Of a stretch of DNA of 64,000 nt, positions 9,247 to 18,700 are shown in pieces; within the stretch, counting starts at the first letter, position 1, and the number at the start of each line of letters is the position of its first letter. The stretch covers positions 15,586 through 79,585 of the forward strand of contig CAYPOR010000001.1 of NCBI GenBank assembly GCA_964412445.1. The letters run 5' to 3'. Position numbers and translations under genes: made by a program. Under the pieces are notes generated by a model. The model had not been told where the DNA came from. It saw only the letters and a program-made list of their open reading frames with translations, and ran no database searches. Source of the stretch: an uncultured Nitrospira sp. (lineage in GTDB: Bacteria > Nitrospirota > Nitrospiria > Nitrospirales > Nitrospiraceae).

Positions 9247-10113
9247 TCAATGCTCCATCCGGCGCAGAAACTTCCGCTCGGCCGGCGAGAGACGGCAGCC
9301 GCGCGCCTCTTCCAGCACCCGATCGAACTCGCCGCCGGCGGCCAATCCACGCAACGCCGACATCACCGTCCGGCTCAAGATACCTTCCCGCTGCAACGTC
9401 TCCAGATAGGCAAACGCATCGGCGAGCGTTTCCTTCTTGCGCACGTAGTAATCGCGCCCGCGCTGCTGATTGCTGTAAGCCTCGAACTGTTCGCAGGCGA
9501 CCAGGATTTCCGCCAACTGCTTCACCCAGGCCGGAGCCGCAGCCAGTTTTTCAGGATAATAATAGTAGAGCATCACCCGCTGCATCCAGGGCTCCCACCG
9601 CACGCCCATCCGCGTGATCTCGCCGCGCACGGTCCGCAGCCGGCGCGAGAGCCGCCGCGCATAGCCCAGCCGCATCTCGACCTGCTCGCTTGCCCAGGCC
9701 GTCATGGGAATGCCTGCCGCATCGAGATCGCCGCGATACCGGCGCAAGAACGCTTCGGTCTCGCGTCCATACCGGGTTTCCGGATGCAGGGCCCGCCATT
9801 CGCGCGGCCTGGTCGGAATCCCCTGCGCTTTCGCCCAGGACCAGATTTTCCCGAACAGCGCCCGGTCCAGGCCGGCCCGGCCCAAATCGTGAAGCACGCA
9901 GGCAATCTGATACTGGCGGACCCGCGCGGAATCATGGCCCAGCGCGGCCGCCACCGCGGCACACATGCGCGCAGTGCGCACGGCATGCGGCCGGTCGTAT
10001 CCACGAATGATGCGGCGCGGAATCGTCGGATGCGGATAGTCGTAGAGACGCAGCAGCCGGGCGACGAGAGCGTTGGAAATCAACAACGGAGCGCGAGACG
10101 TGTTGACTGTCAT
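9247..10113 (-). CDS. HD-domain protein (degenerate HD-GYP-like phosphohydrolase)
   Basis: HAVRTARMCAAVA and ACVLHDLGRAG give the H...HD pattern. C-terminal EILVACEQFEAY resembles IxAVADxFDA; no GYP motif. Confidence 0.7.
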   Translation of the reverse strand: MTVNTSRAPLLISNALVARLLRLYDYPHPTIPRRIIRGYDRPHAVRTARMCAAVAAALGHDSARVRQYQIACVLHDLGRAGLDRALFGKIWSWAKAQGIPTRPREWRALHPETRYGRETEAFLRRYRGDLDAAGIPMTAWASEQVEMRLGYARRLSRRLRTVRGEITRMGVRWEPWMQRVMLYYYYPEKLAAAPAWVKQLAEILVACEQFEAYSNQQRGRDYYVRKKETLADAFAYLETLQREGILSRTVMSALRGLAAGGEFDRVLEEARGCRLSPAERKFLRRMEH

Positions 10114-10159
10114 GTGTTGTGCAACCGGAAGGACATCGAAATCGACATCGACTGCGGCG

Positions 10160-10189
10160 AGAATAGCGTCAGGCGAAACGAGGTGTCAA
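10160..10189 (-). promoter_or_regulatory. Sigma70-type promoter upstream of HD-yjbQ-htrA genes
   Basis: Minus strand TTGACA-N18-TATTCT, about 47 nt before the ATG at 10113. Confidence 0.55.
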
Positions 10190-10287
10190 GACAACGCCCC
10201 CGTCCCGGGACTCGATCAATTCATCGATTCTTGCTATGCTGCGCCGTGTCCTTCCGTAATCGATTCTCCCGAGATCCGAGGCGCGCC

Positions 10288-10926
10288 ATGACCTGCACAA
10301 AACCGCCGTTCACGCTGCTGGCCGGCCTGGCGCTGTTCGCCGCGGCCATCGGGTACGGGACGGATTCGCCGGCATCCCCGTTCGAGCAGCTCACCGATCT
10401 GACCGGAAAGGTCCCGGTCATCGTCACCCTGACGGGACGCGACAATTTTACGAGCGAATACCGCTACGACGTCAGCGTCCGCAATCTGACCGCCGATCCG
10501 CTGATCGCCGACTCGCTGCTCGTCGTCCTCGATAAAATTACGAACCTGGCCGGAGAAGACCATGAGGCCCTGACGAACGAACCCTTCCTCAACCGGTTCG
10601 ACGTCCTCGGACAGGATGGCGCAACCGACGACGGCAAACCCTTCTTCCGCATTCCACCCGGCAGCACCGCGGACATCGCTTCACAGACCACCAGCCGCGC
10701 CGCCTCCGTCCGGATCCGCAACCGGGACTACGTCGCCGTCTTCACGCCGGTCTTCAAAGTCTACGGCAACAAACGGCCGCCGCCCGAACCGAAACAGCCG
10801 GCCGTCCAGGCGCAGCCCGCTCCCCCTCAACGCCAGACGGACAAGCAGACCGAACGATTGCTCCAGTTACTGCTTAAGAAGGGCGTCATTACGGAAGAGG
10901 AGTGGCGCAAAGCCAATCAACCATGA
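10288..10926 (+). CDS. Exported hypothetical protein with SHOCT-like C-terminal tail
   Basis: Signal-peptide-like MTCTKPPFTLLAGLALFAAAIG; Pro/Gln linker; tail LLQLLLKKGVITEEEW. This is the real part of the 1051-aa track ORF. Confidence 0.7.
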   Translation: MTCTKPPFTLLAGLALFAAAIGYGTDSPASPFEQLTDLTGKVPVIVTLTGRDNFTSEYRYDVSVRNLTADPLIADSLLVVLDKITNLAGEDHEALTNEPFLNRFDVLGQDGATDDGKPFFRIPPGSTADIASQTTSRAASVRIRNRDYVAVFTPVFKVYGNKRPPPEPKQPAVQAQPAPPQRQTDKQTERLLQLLLKKGVITEEEWRKANQP

Positions 10927-11351
10927 CCGAGCCGACCTGCAAAGCCTGTCAGGGCACCTGGCCGCGCGCCGACCACTTCATCGCCGACCTGGGGCTGTCC
11001 CAGGCCTACCTGCACGAAGACCAGTTCTTTCCCGGCTGGACGGTCGTCGTCTTCCGGCGCCACGCCACCGAACTGTTTCACCTGGCGCCGACCGAGCGTA
11101 TTCAGCTGATGGAAGAGGTCACGCTCGTGGCCAAAACGCTTGCACAGGTCTTTGGCGCCAGGAAAATCAATTACGAACTGTTGGGCAATCAACTGCCGCA
11201 TATCCACTGGCATCTCGTCCCCCGCCTGACGACGGATCCGGCCCCGCTGGAACCGGTCTGGCGGGTACCGCACGACCCGGTATACCCGACCGGCGAAATC
11301 CTTCAGGCCCGCATTGAACAGCTCAAAACAGGACTGACCAAGGCGCGCTAG
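10923..11351 (+). CDS. HIT family hydrolase
   Basis: CKAC zinc motif and PHIHWHLVPR histidine triad. ATGA overlap with the upstream gene. Confidence 0.9.
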   Translation: MTEPTCKACQGTWPRADHFIADLGLSQAYLHEDQFFPGWTVVVFRRHATELFHLAPTERIQLMEEVTLVAKTLAQVFGARKINYELLGNQLPHIHWHLVPRLTTDPAPLEPVWRVPHDPVYPTGEILQARIEQLKTGLTKAR

Positions 11352-11424
11352 CCCGATACTGCACGCGCCCTGCTCCGCCCTCGATTCACGGCCAGTCATC
11401 GGGAGTCCGCTGCTGCCGCGCAAG

Positions 11425-11433
11425 TGCTATAAT
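11425..11433 (+). promoter_or_regulatory. Extended -10 sigma70 promoter for TPR/activator operon
   Basis: TGcTATAAT about 40 nt upstream of the ATG at 11474, followed by GGGAGG. Confidence 0.5.
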
Positions 11434-11473
11434 CATCTCCGTACATACCTAGCCGGGAGGGTCACAGGTTTCG

Positions 11474-12748
11474 ATGTCTCGTCGCATGGTATCCGTGGCC
11501 ATCCTTATTGTCCCGCTGTTCGGTGCACTTCCCGGTGAGCCGTTCGCTCAAACTGCGGACGAACAGATGGCCGCACCGCCGACGCCCGAATCTCCCTCCC
11601 CCGTTCTCAATGCGGATCCCGATCCGGCCAGCCAACATCCGGTACAAGACGAACACCGCCTCGCCGAATCGACCGGGCAGGCGCGCACCGATGCGGTCGC
11701 CGAGCTGAGCGAGCTGCGCGGCGCCGTCAGAACGTTCCCGGCCGACGCGGCGGCGCGCTTGCAATTGGCGCAAGGGCTCTATCGCGTCGGCGACCTCGAC
11801 GCCGCGCTCGACGAATGCCGCATCGCGCTCAAACTGCAGCCGAATCATCCCGAGGCGCTGCTGCAACTCGGCATCGTCTTCATGACGAAACAGGACGGGC
11901 ATGCCGCCGCCACCGCCCTGATGGAGGCCATTCTCCTCAACCCCGAACTCACCCATGCGCACTACAGTCTCGGCAGCGTCCAGTACTCGCTCGGCAACCT
12001 CAAAGCCGCGGCGCAATCCTACCGGCGGGCGCTCGAACTGCAGCCGCACTTCCCCGACGCCCGCTATCGGCTCGCGCTGGTGTTGAAGCTGACGAATCGC
12101 GATCAGGAAGCGGCGCAGTTCATGGAAGAAGCGGCCGCCGGCGGAGTCCCGCAGGCGCAATTCTTTTCAGGGAACGCCTACAAAAGCGGCCAGGGTGTCG
12201 CGAAGGATCTCGGGCGGGCCGTGTTCTGGTGGACCAGAGCGGTTGAATTCGGCCACCAGCAAGCGGCGGATGCCCTCGTGAAACTCCGGCGGCAGGCGCT
12301 GGCGGCCGATCGGACCGATCGACGGCGCAACGAGGCACTCGAAGGGTTTCGCGCCTACCGCGTCCTGCTCTGGGAAGAATTCCCGGACTACAGTCGCTCA
12401 GGAGACAGCGACACGGTGGGCGTTGCGCTGCGTAAAGACAACCGGACCGATGTCGCGGTCCCGGTGCTCCTTCAAGAAAGCTATGCGCTGAGCGACGTCG
12501 CGCTGGCCGAACTCGCTGGACTGTACGAAGCCGGATGGGCCGGGCATCTCGCGCCCTTCGACAAAAAGATTTTCACCTGCATCGAGACCCTCGCCGGTGA
12601 GGGCTTCGCGCCGGCCAAGAAAGCGCTCGCGCGCATCCACGGCCTGGGCCTCGGGGTGGCTCCGGATCGGGTCAAAGCGAAAGCCTCGCTCAAAGGCCTC
12701 CCGAAGCCGGACGCAACCGCGCTGATCGACGAACTGGGCCTCCGATAA
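11474..12748 (+). CDS. Secreted tetratricopeptide / SEL1-repeat protein
   Basis: Signal-peptide-like N-terminus. TPR repeats (ARLQLAQGLY...DAALDECRIALKLQPNH; AHYSLGSVQY...AAQSYRRALELQP); SEL1 repeats (AQFFSGNAYKSGQGVAKDLGRAVFWWTRA). Confidence 0.85.
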   Translation: MSRRMVSVAILIVPLFGALPGEPFAQTADEQMAAPPTPESPSPVLNADPDPASQHPVQDEHRLAESTGQARTDAVAELSELRGAVRTFPADAAARLQLAQGLYRVGDLDAALDECRIALKLQPNHPEALLQLGIVFMTKQDGHAAATALMEAILLNPELTHAHYSLGSVQYSLGNLKAAAQSYRRALELQPHFPDARYRLALVLKLTNRDQEAAQFMEEAAAGGVPQAQFFSGNAYKSGQGVAKDLGRAVFWWTRAVEFGHQQAADALVKLRRQALAADRTDRRRNEALEGFRAYRVLLWEEFPDYSRSGDSDTVGVALRKDNRTDVAVPVLLQESYALSDVALAELAGLYEAGWAGHLAPFDKKIFTCIETLAGEGFAPAKKALARIHGLGLGVAPDRVKAKASLKGLPKPDATALIDELGLR

Positions 12749-12753
12749 TTTCC

Positions 12754-15372
12754 ATGCTCGACCGGCACACACTCTGGCGGTTCTTCATTACCTCGCTGCC
12801 GCTCCAGGCGCTTACGATCGGACTCCTCGCCGCCGTGTCAAGCCACCTGCTCTGGCTCGCCGCCCCCGCGACCTTCACCGCCCTCGACTGGACCGCCTAC
12901 GACACCTGGCTGCGCCATCGCGCACGCATTGCTGCGAGTCCCGCCCTGACGATCGTCGTACGCGACCCTGCAAGCAGCGGGCAGTTCGGAACCGGGCCGT
13001 TGGACCGGGCCGTCCTGGCTCAACTGATCGCCGCCGCCCATGACGCGGGGGCCGCCGCCATCGGTCTCGACCATCGTCTCGACCATGCCAGTCCTGCGCA
13101 TCTGGGCGGAGCCGCCAGCGATGCGCTGCTCCTGGAGGCCATCAACACCGCCGGCCGCGTCGTGACCGTCTACGATGAAGAAGCCCCGCTGGCATCGGAT
13201 TCAATTATTCAAGGACACCTCGCCCTGTCCTCTCACAGCGATCACGTGGCCCGCGCCGTTCCGCTCTTCATCGAACAAGGCTCCCGAATGACGCCGTCGT
13301 TCGGACTGGCGTTGTTTGCAAGCGCGACGAATCAGCCGCCGGCCGGCGCGACCGGCGACACACAGCTCATCAACCCGGTCGGCGGAGGTACATTGACCGA
13401 CTTGCCGGCCATCCCGCTGTCGTCGGTATGGAACGCCCTCCAACAGCACGATACGGCCGCCCTCGACGGATGGTTCAAAGGCCACGTCGTGACCATTCTG
13501 TCGCAGGCCTCCGCCTCGACACCCTGGCTGCTGCCGACCGGGCAATCCGTCGACGGCATGACCGCACACCTTCATCTCCTCAACAACCTGCTCACCGGCG
13601 ACCGGCTCTGCCGGATCGGGGCCGCCGGACGCGGCAGTCTCGCCATCGTCGTCGCGGCCCTCGTCGCCTGGTGCCTGCTGTACTTCCGCGGAACGGCCAG
13701 TCTGCTGCTCGCGGCCGGCGCCATTGCACTCTACGGCGCCGTCGCCGCCGCCGCCCTCGGCGGACTGCATCTCGTGCTGCCGGTCGCGCTGCCGCTCACC
13801 GCCGCGCTGTTTGTCCTGCTTGGCACCACCGCCTGGACGCACCTGACAGCGGGCCAGCGCATGAGGCTGCTGGAACAGGACATGCTCCGCATCCGACAGG
13901 ACACCGCCGCCGTGCGGGAAGCCCTCGTGCTGCGAGAGAATCGCGCCGAAGCCTTGCAGGAAGATCTGGACGCAGCCAAAACCGCCGCGGCGCACTCAGC
14001 CGGTAAGCGGCAGGATCTCGCCCGCACCACCGAGTCCCTGCGGGCCGAACTGGCCGAGGTGCAGGCGCAGGAACAGGCCGCCCGCGAACAGCTCGCACGA
14101 CTGGAGCGGCAACTGCACGATCTGCGAGCCGCCGGCGACGAATCCCGTGCCCTCGGCGACGCCGCGCTCAACCAGCTGGCCGTCGAATGCCGGCAACTCG
14201 GCATCATCACCGGAGACGCGTCGCTTCTGCGCCTGTTCCGGGATCTGAAGAAAGGCGCCGGATCGCCCCTGACCGTGCTGCTGCTCGGAGAACCGGGCAC
14301 CGGCAAGGAACTCCTCGCCCGCGCGGTCCACCGGCTCAGCCCCAGATCGGGCAAGACCTTCATCGCCGTCAATATGGCGGCCATCTCGCCGGAGCTGTTT
14401 GAAAGCGAACTCTTCGGCCACACCAAAGGCAGTTTCACCGGCGCCACTGTTGACCGGCGCGGCTATTTCGAACTGGCCGATCACGGCACGATCTTTCTGG
14501 ACGAAATCGGCGATCTCCGGCTGGATCACCAGAGCAAACTGCTCCGCGTGCTGCAAGAAAAGTCCTTCTATCGCGTGGGCGCGACGACGCCTATCACCGT
14601 AGATGTGCGCATCGTCGCCGCGACCAATCGCGACCTGCAACGCGGAGTCTCCGAAGGCTGGTTCCGGGAGGATCTCTATTTCCGGTTGAAAGGATTGGTG
14701 TTCAGACTGCCGCCGTTACGGGAGCGCACAGCGGACATCCCCCTGCTGGCCGACGTCTGCCTGGCCGACATCGCGACGCAGATGGGACGGCCGGTCCCGA
14801 AACTTTCCAATGAGGCGCTGCGCCTCTTGACCGAACACGACTGGCCGGGCAACGTCCGGGAGTTCCGCCATGCGCTGGAGCGGGCCGTCGCATTGAGCGA
14901 TGAGCCGGTGCTGACGAAAACGGCCTTCGCCCTGGAAGGATCCGGAGCGCCAGAACCGTCCAGCAGATCGACCCGGACGACTCTGCTGCCGGAGCCCGCC
15001 GGCGACGCCGCGGTGCTGAGCTGCCTGCGGCAGCACAGCTTCGATATGCAGGCCACGGCAAAAACGCTGGGCTGGGACCGCAGCACCGTCACCCAGCGAT
15101 TGAAAGGCCTGTGCTTCCAGGCTCTCGTCGAATCCCGAGGCGACCAGGCCAAAGCCGCGCTCGCCGTCGCCGGCGATCCAAGCCAGTTGAGGACCGTGGA
15201 ACTGAAGCTGCTGGACTACCACAGCCATCTCATGTCCGTCATTGCCCCGTTCACGAGCGCAGACAAAGCACTCCCCGACTGCAAACGACGTTTCAAGAAT
15301 CTACCGGACCGGCATTTCGCCTCGGTCGAATGGCTTGTACGCCGGCACTTTTCCCAAACCTCCCGCCCTTAA
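12754..15372 (+). CDS. Membrane-anchored sigma54-dependent activator: CHASE2 sensor + 3 TM + coiled coil + AAA+ + HTH
   Basis: TM, CHASE2-like region (IVVRD...RAVLAQLIAAAHDAGAAAIGLDHRLD), three TMs, long coiled coil, GEPGTGKELLARAVH, ESELFGHTKGSFTGA, GTIFLDEIGD, FREDLYFRL, WPGNVRE, HTH (ATAKTLGWDRSTVTQRLK). Confidence 0.88.
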   Translation: MLDRHTLWRFFITSLPLQALTIGLLAAVSSHLLWLAAPATFTALDWTAYDTWLRHRARIAASPALTIVVRDPASSGQFGTGPLDRAVLAQLIAAAHDAGAAAIGLDHRLDHASPAHLGGAASDALLLEAINTAGRVVTVYDEEAPLASDSIIQGHLALSSHSDHVARAVPLFIEQGSRMTPSFGLALFASATNQPPAGATGDTQLINPVGGGTLTDLPAIPLSSVWNALQQHDTAALDGWFKGHVVTILSQASASTPWLLPTGQSVDGMTAHLHLLNNLLTGDRLCRIGAAGRGSLAIVVAALVAWCLLYFRGTASLLLAAGAIALYGAVAAAALGGLHLVLPVALPLTAALFVLLGTTAWTHLTAGQRMRLLEQDMLRIRQDTAAVREALVLRENRAEALQEDLDAAKTAAAHSAGKRQDLARTTESLRAELAEVQAQEQAAREQLARLERQLHDLRAAGDESRALGDAALNQLAVECRQLGIITGDASLLRLFRDLKKGAGSPLTVLLLGEPGTGKELLARAVHRLSPRSGKTFIAVNMAAISPELFESELFGHTKGSFTGATVDRRGYFELADHGTIFLDEIGDLRLDHQSKLLRVLQEKSFYRVGATTPITVDVRIVAATNRDLQRGVSEGWFREDLYFRLKGLVFRLPPLRERTADIPLLADVCLADIATQMGRPVPKLSNEALRLLTEHDWPGNVREFRHALERAVALSDEPVLTKTAFALEGSGAPEPSSRSTRTTLLPEPAGDAAVLSCLRQHSFDMQATAKTLGWDRSTVTQRLKGLCFQALVESRGDQAKAALAVAGDPSQLRTVELKLLDYHSHLMSVIAPFTSADKALPDCKRRFKNLPDRHFASVEWLVRRHFSQTSRP

Positions 15373-15518
15373 TACTCCACTGCAAAGACGCCGCTTCAAA
15401 GACCTACAATGACCCCATCGCCCCATCCGGAAGACGCGCTGATGGGCGAAAGCCCTATGCCGGAGCCTCACCTGCCTGACGGCGCATGCAGTCACTTCTT
15501 ACACTCTAAAAACCCCCT

Positions 15519-15598
15519 GCCACAAATCATGGAAACCGTTACTGGAAGCCAACTTTCACCCTCTGCAGAATCGCCACAGATCATGAGGCAGTGTGGCG
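15519..15598. promoter_or_regulatory. Candidate upstream activator sequences
   Basis: Direct repeat GCCACA(A/G)ATCATG at 15519 and 15573 (54 bp apart). The second copy is part of the inverted repeat CGCCACA-N13-TGTGGCG (15572-15598), about 95-175 bp upstream of the sigma54 promoter. Confidence 0.45.
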
Positions 15599-15692
15599 GC
15601 CCAGGCCTACAGCTCGACTGACAACCGGTTCACCAAGCCGGAAACAACCTTGATTATTAGGCTCTTTTCTCATGTCATCTGATTACGTGCCA

Positions 15693-15708
15693 CGGCACCC
15701 GGATTGCA
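15693..15708 (+). promoter_or_regulatory. Sigma54 (-24/-12) promoter
   Basis: CGGCAC-CCGGA-TTGCA matches YGGCAC-N5-TTGCW with exact GG-N10-GC spacing. Lies directly downstream of a sigma54 activator gene. Confidence 0.75.
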
Positions 15709-15766
15709 CAAGTTTCCGCGCCCGCTTAGGACAATATTTATTTTTATTTATTCTTTGGATTTCTTC

Positions 15767-18700
15767 ATGACACCCTCTTCCTACAATAAAGAACTCCGCT
15801 TGACTCAGGCCTCTCTGGCTGTCACGACAACCGCCACCGCTCTGCTGATCTGGTCGACCGGTTCGGTCGCCAGAACAGCCTTCGAACAAGGACAGATCAG
15901 CCATCTGCTGGAAGCCTTGCTCTTCGGAGCCCTGGCCGGATTCCTGGTCTACGGCAATCTGTGTTACCAGTTGGCGCGGCTTGGGCAGCTGAGACGGGAC
16001 GCGGCATTCCGGATGACTGCCGCGCAGCCGGCCAGACCCTTCGATCCCCTGTCAGCTCCGGCCCTCACGGTCCTGGTGCCTTCTTACAAAGAAGAACTCC
16101 CCGTCATCCGCCAGACGCTCCTGTCCGCCGCACTGCAGAACTACCCGAACAAGCGGGTCGTGCTGCTTCTGGATAATCCGCCCGCCCCCAAGACGTTGTC
16201 TGACCGGGCCGAGCTCTGGGCGGCGCGCAATCTCCCCTTTGAATTGCAGACATTGCTTGACGAACCGGCGGCCAGGACGGACCACGCCCGCGCGGCGTTT
16301 CTGGCCAGACGATCGAGCGGCACAGTCACCATGGCCGACGAATGCGTGTGGCTCTCGGATTGTTTCCGGTCGGCCGCCCAATGGTTCGAAACCCAGGCGA
16401 AGCACTTCCCGACCGATTCGCACACCGATGTCTGGTTTGTCGAACAGATACTCAGCCGGCCGGCCGAATCCTGCCGCGAACAAGCCGCCCGATGGTTCGC
16501 CAGACGGAGAGAGCCGGCACCGGCCCCCGACGATCAACTCCTCGCCGGAATCGACGCCGCCTATGCGGAACTGGCCGCCCGTTTCCAGGTCGAGTTCGAC
16601 GTCTTCGAGCGGAAGCAGTACTGCAACCTGTCGCACGAGCCCAACAAGGCGATGAACTTGAACAGCTACCTGGGCCTGATGGGCAAGCGTGTACGCCCCG
16701 TCATGCGCCCGGCGGGGCTTGCGCTGGAAGAGTCCTCCCTGCCGAACGGCAGCCGCCTCATCGCGGATACGCCCTACGTCATCACGCTCGATGCCGACAG
16801 CCTGTTGAAACCTCACTACGCCAGCACCCTGGTGCGGCTGATGGAACAGCCGGACTATGCCCGGGTCGCCGTCGCCCAAACGCCCTACAGCGCCTTTCCC
16901 AACGCACCGGGCGTGCTGGAGCGAACCGCCGGGGCCACGACCGACATTCAATATCTGGTGCACCAGGGCTTCACCCGGTATGGCGCCACCTTCTGGGTCG
17001 GGGCCAATGCCTTGCTGAGAAAGTCGGCGCTCGACGACATCCGCAGCGAATCCGTCGAGGGCGGCCATATTGTTCGCCGCTACATCCAGGACCGGACCGT
17101 CATCGAAGACACCGAATCGACCGTCGATCTCCTCGCCAAAGGCTGGTCCCTGCACAATCACCCGGAGCGGCTGGCCTACAGCGCCACCCCGCCGGATTTC
17201 GGATCACTGGTCATCCAACGGGCCCGTTGGGCCAACGGAGGCTTGATCATTCTGCCCAAGCTGCTGTCGCTCCTGCGCCGCATGCCGAAGCGGATGAGCA
17301 CATTGCCGCAAGCCCTGCTGCAGATTCATTATCTGACCTCGCTCGCCTTCGCGCCATTGAGCGTGCTGCTCCTGCTGATCATCCCCTTTTCCTCCGAGTT
17401 GATGAATCCCTGGATGCCGCTCGCCGCGCTGCCCTACTTCGCGCTCTACGCCCGCGATCTGGCGAAGATCGGCTATCGCCCGTTCCGGGATCTGTTGCGG
17501 GTCTATGCCCTCAATCTGCTGTTGATCCCCATCCACCTCACCGGTGCAATCACGTCGATGCAGCAAGCCATCGCCGGCACGAAGATCCCGTTCCGCCGGA
17601 CACCCAAGATTTCCGGACGAACCAGAACGGCGGGGTTGGATCTGGCCCTGCAGCTGGGGATGGTCCTCACCAGCGTGACCTTGGGGCTCTTCTACGTTTC
17701 CCGGCTGCGATGGATTTCCGGAGCCTTTGCGCTGGCCAACGCCGGCCTCCTGCTTTACGGCATCAGACAATTCATCGGTTTCGCCGAAATGCAGCAGGAT
17801 CTCAGATTGAGCCTCACTGAAACCTTCGACAGCATCACCGGCAGAATACGCACAACCTGGTCGCCGCTCAGCGCCCGATCACTTGCCCCGCTGACCTTCG
17901 CGATGGAACGGAGCAAGGGGTTCGTCCTGCCCGTCCGTGCGCGGATCGCCTCGCGCCAGGCGCTCTGGAGCCTGCTGGTGGTGCTGGAGGCCTTCTCCCC
18001 GGCGCTCGCAACCGGCGAATCGACGCTTCCCCTCAATCCCGTACAAATCGAAAATCGCAAACCCGGCACCGGCGCCTGGATCCTCACCAAGCCGGCACGG
18101 AACCATGAGATCGAGGGCTATGCCTCGGCCACCAGCGTCAACCGGGGCGAAACCCTTCGCTTCTACGTCAATACACTCGCGCCGACCTACCGGCTCACGA
18201 TCTATCGTATGGGGTGGTACGGAGGCCTGGGAGCGCGGCAGATATCCGGCCCGACGGAACTACCGGGCTACCGGCAGCCGGCCCCCGTGCACGATCAGGA
18301 CACCGGATTGATCGAATGCCGGTGGGAACATCCGGCCGTACAGGCAATCCCGACCGGCGGCGAGGGAACGGAGCCCTGGGTATCGGGATACTATCTGGCC
18401 AAATTGACCGCGGAACCCACGGGAGAAGAAAGCTACATCCTGTTCATCGTGCGGGACGACCGGCGGCCTTCGACCTATCTCGTCCAGGCCAGTGTGACGA
18501 CCTATCAAGCCTACAACAATTGGGGCGGCCGCTCGCTCTACTCATTCAACAGCCCCGGAGGCCAGGCCACAAAAGTCTCGTTCAACCGTCCCTACGCAGG
18601 CAGCGCCATTCCGGCCGCGGCCACAGGCACCGGCGCGGGCGATTTCCTGATTTCCAATTCGATTCCGCCCGGCTACCAAGCCTCCCCCGCCGGCTGGGAA

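Noticed and set aside
9231-10113. Adjacent HD gene and yjbQ both begin MTVNT
   Set aside because: Codons differ and similarity stops after five residues; most likely coincidence rather than duplication.
7771-10287. 1051-aa plus-strand ORF (7771-10926)
   Set aside because: The first 840 codons are the antisense shadow of htrA, yjbQ and the HD gene in high-GC DNA. Only the part from ATG 10288, which starts with a signal peptide, looks like a real protein.
15409-15621. 70-aa ORF between activator and GT2 genes as a leader peptide
   Set aside because: No SD, no recognisable motif, and it overlaps the candidate UAS region upstream of the sigma54 promoter.
15644-15660. IHF site between UAS and sigma54 promoter
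   Set aside because: Minus strand AATCAAGGTTGTT matches only the WATCAA half of WATCAANNNNTTR; too weak to call.
17780-18010. Hidden stop or frameshift splitting the GT2 gene into two genes
   Set aside because: The frame is continuous, and the internal ATG at 17903 has no SD. Treated as a fusion pending read-level checks.
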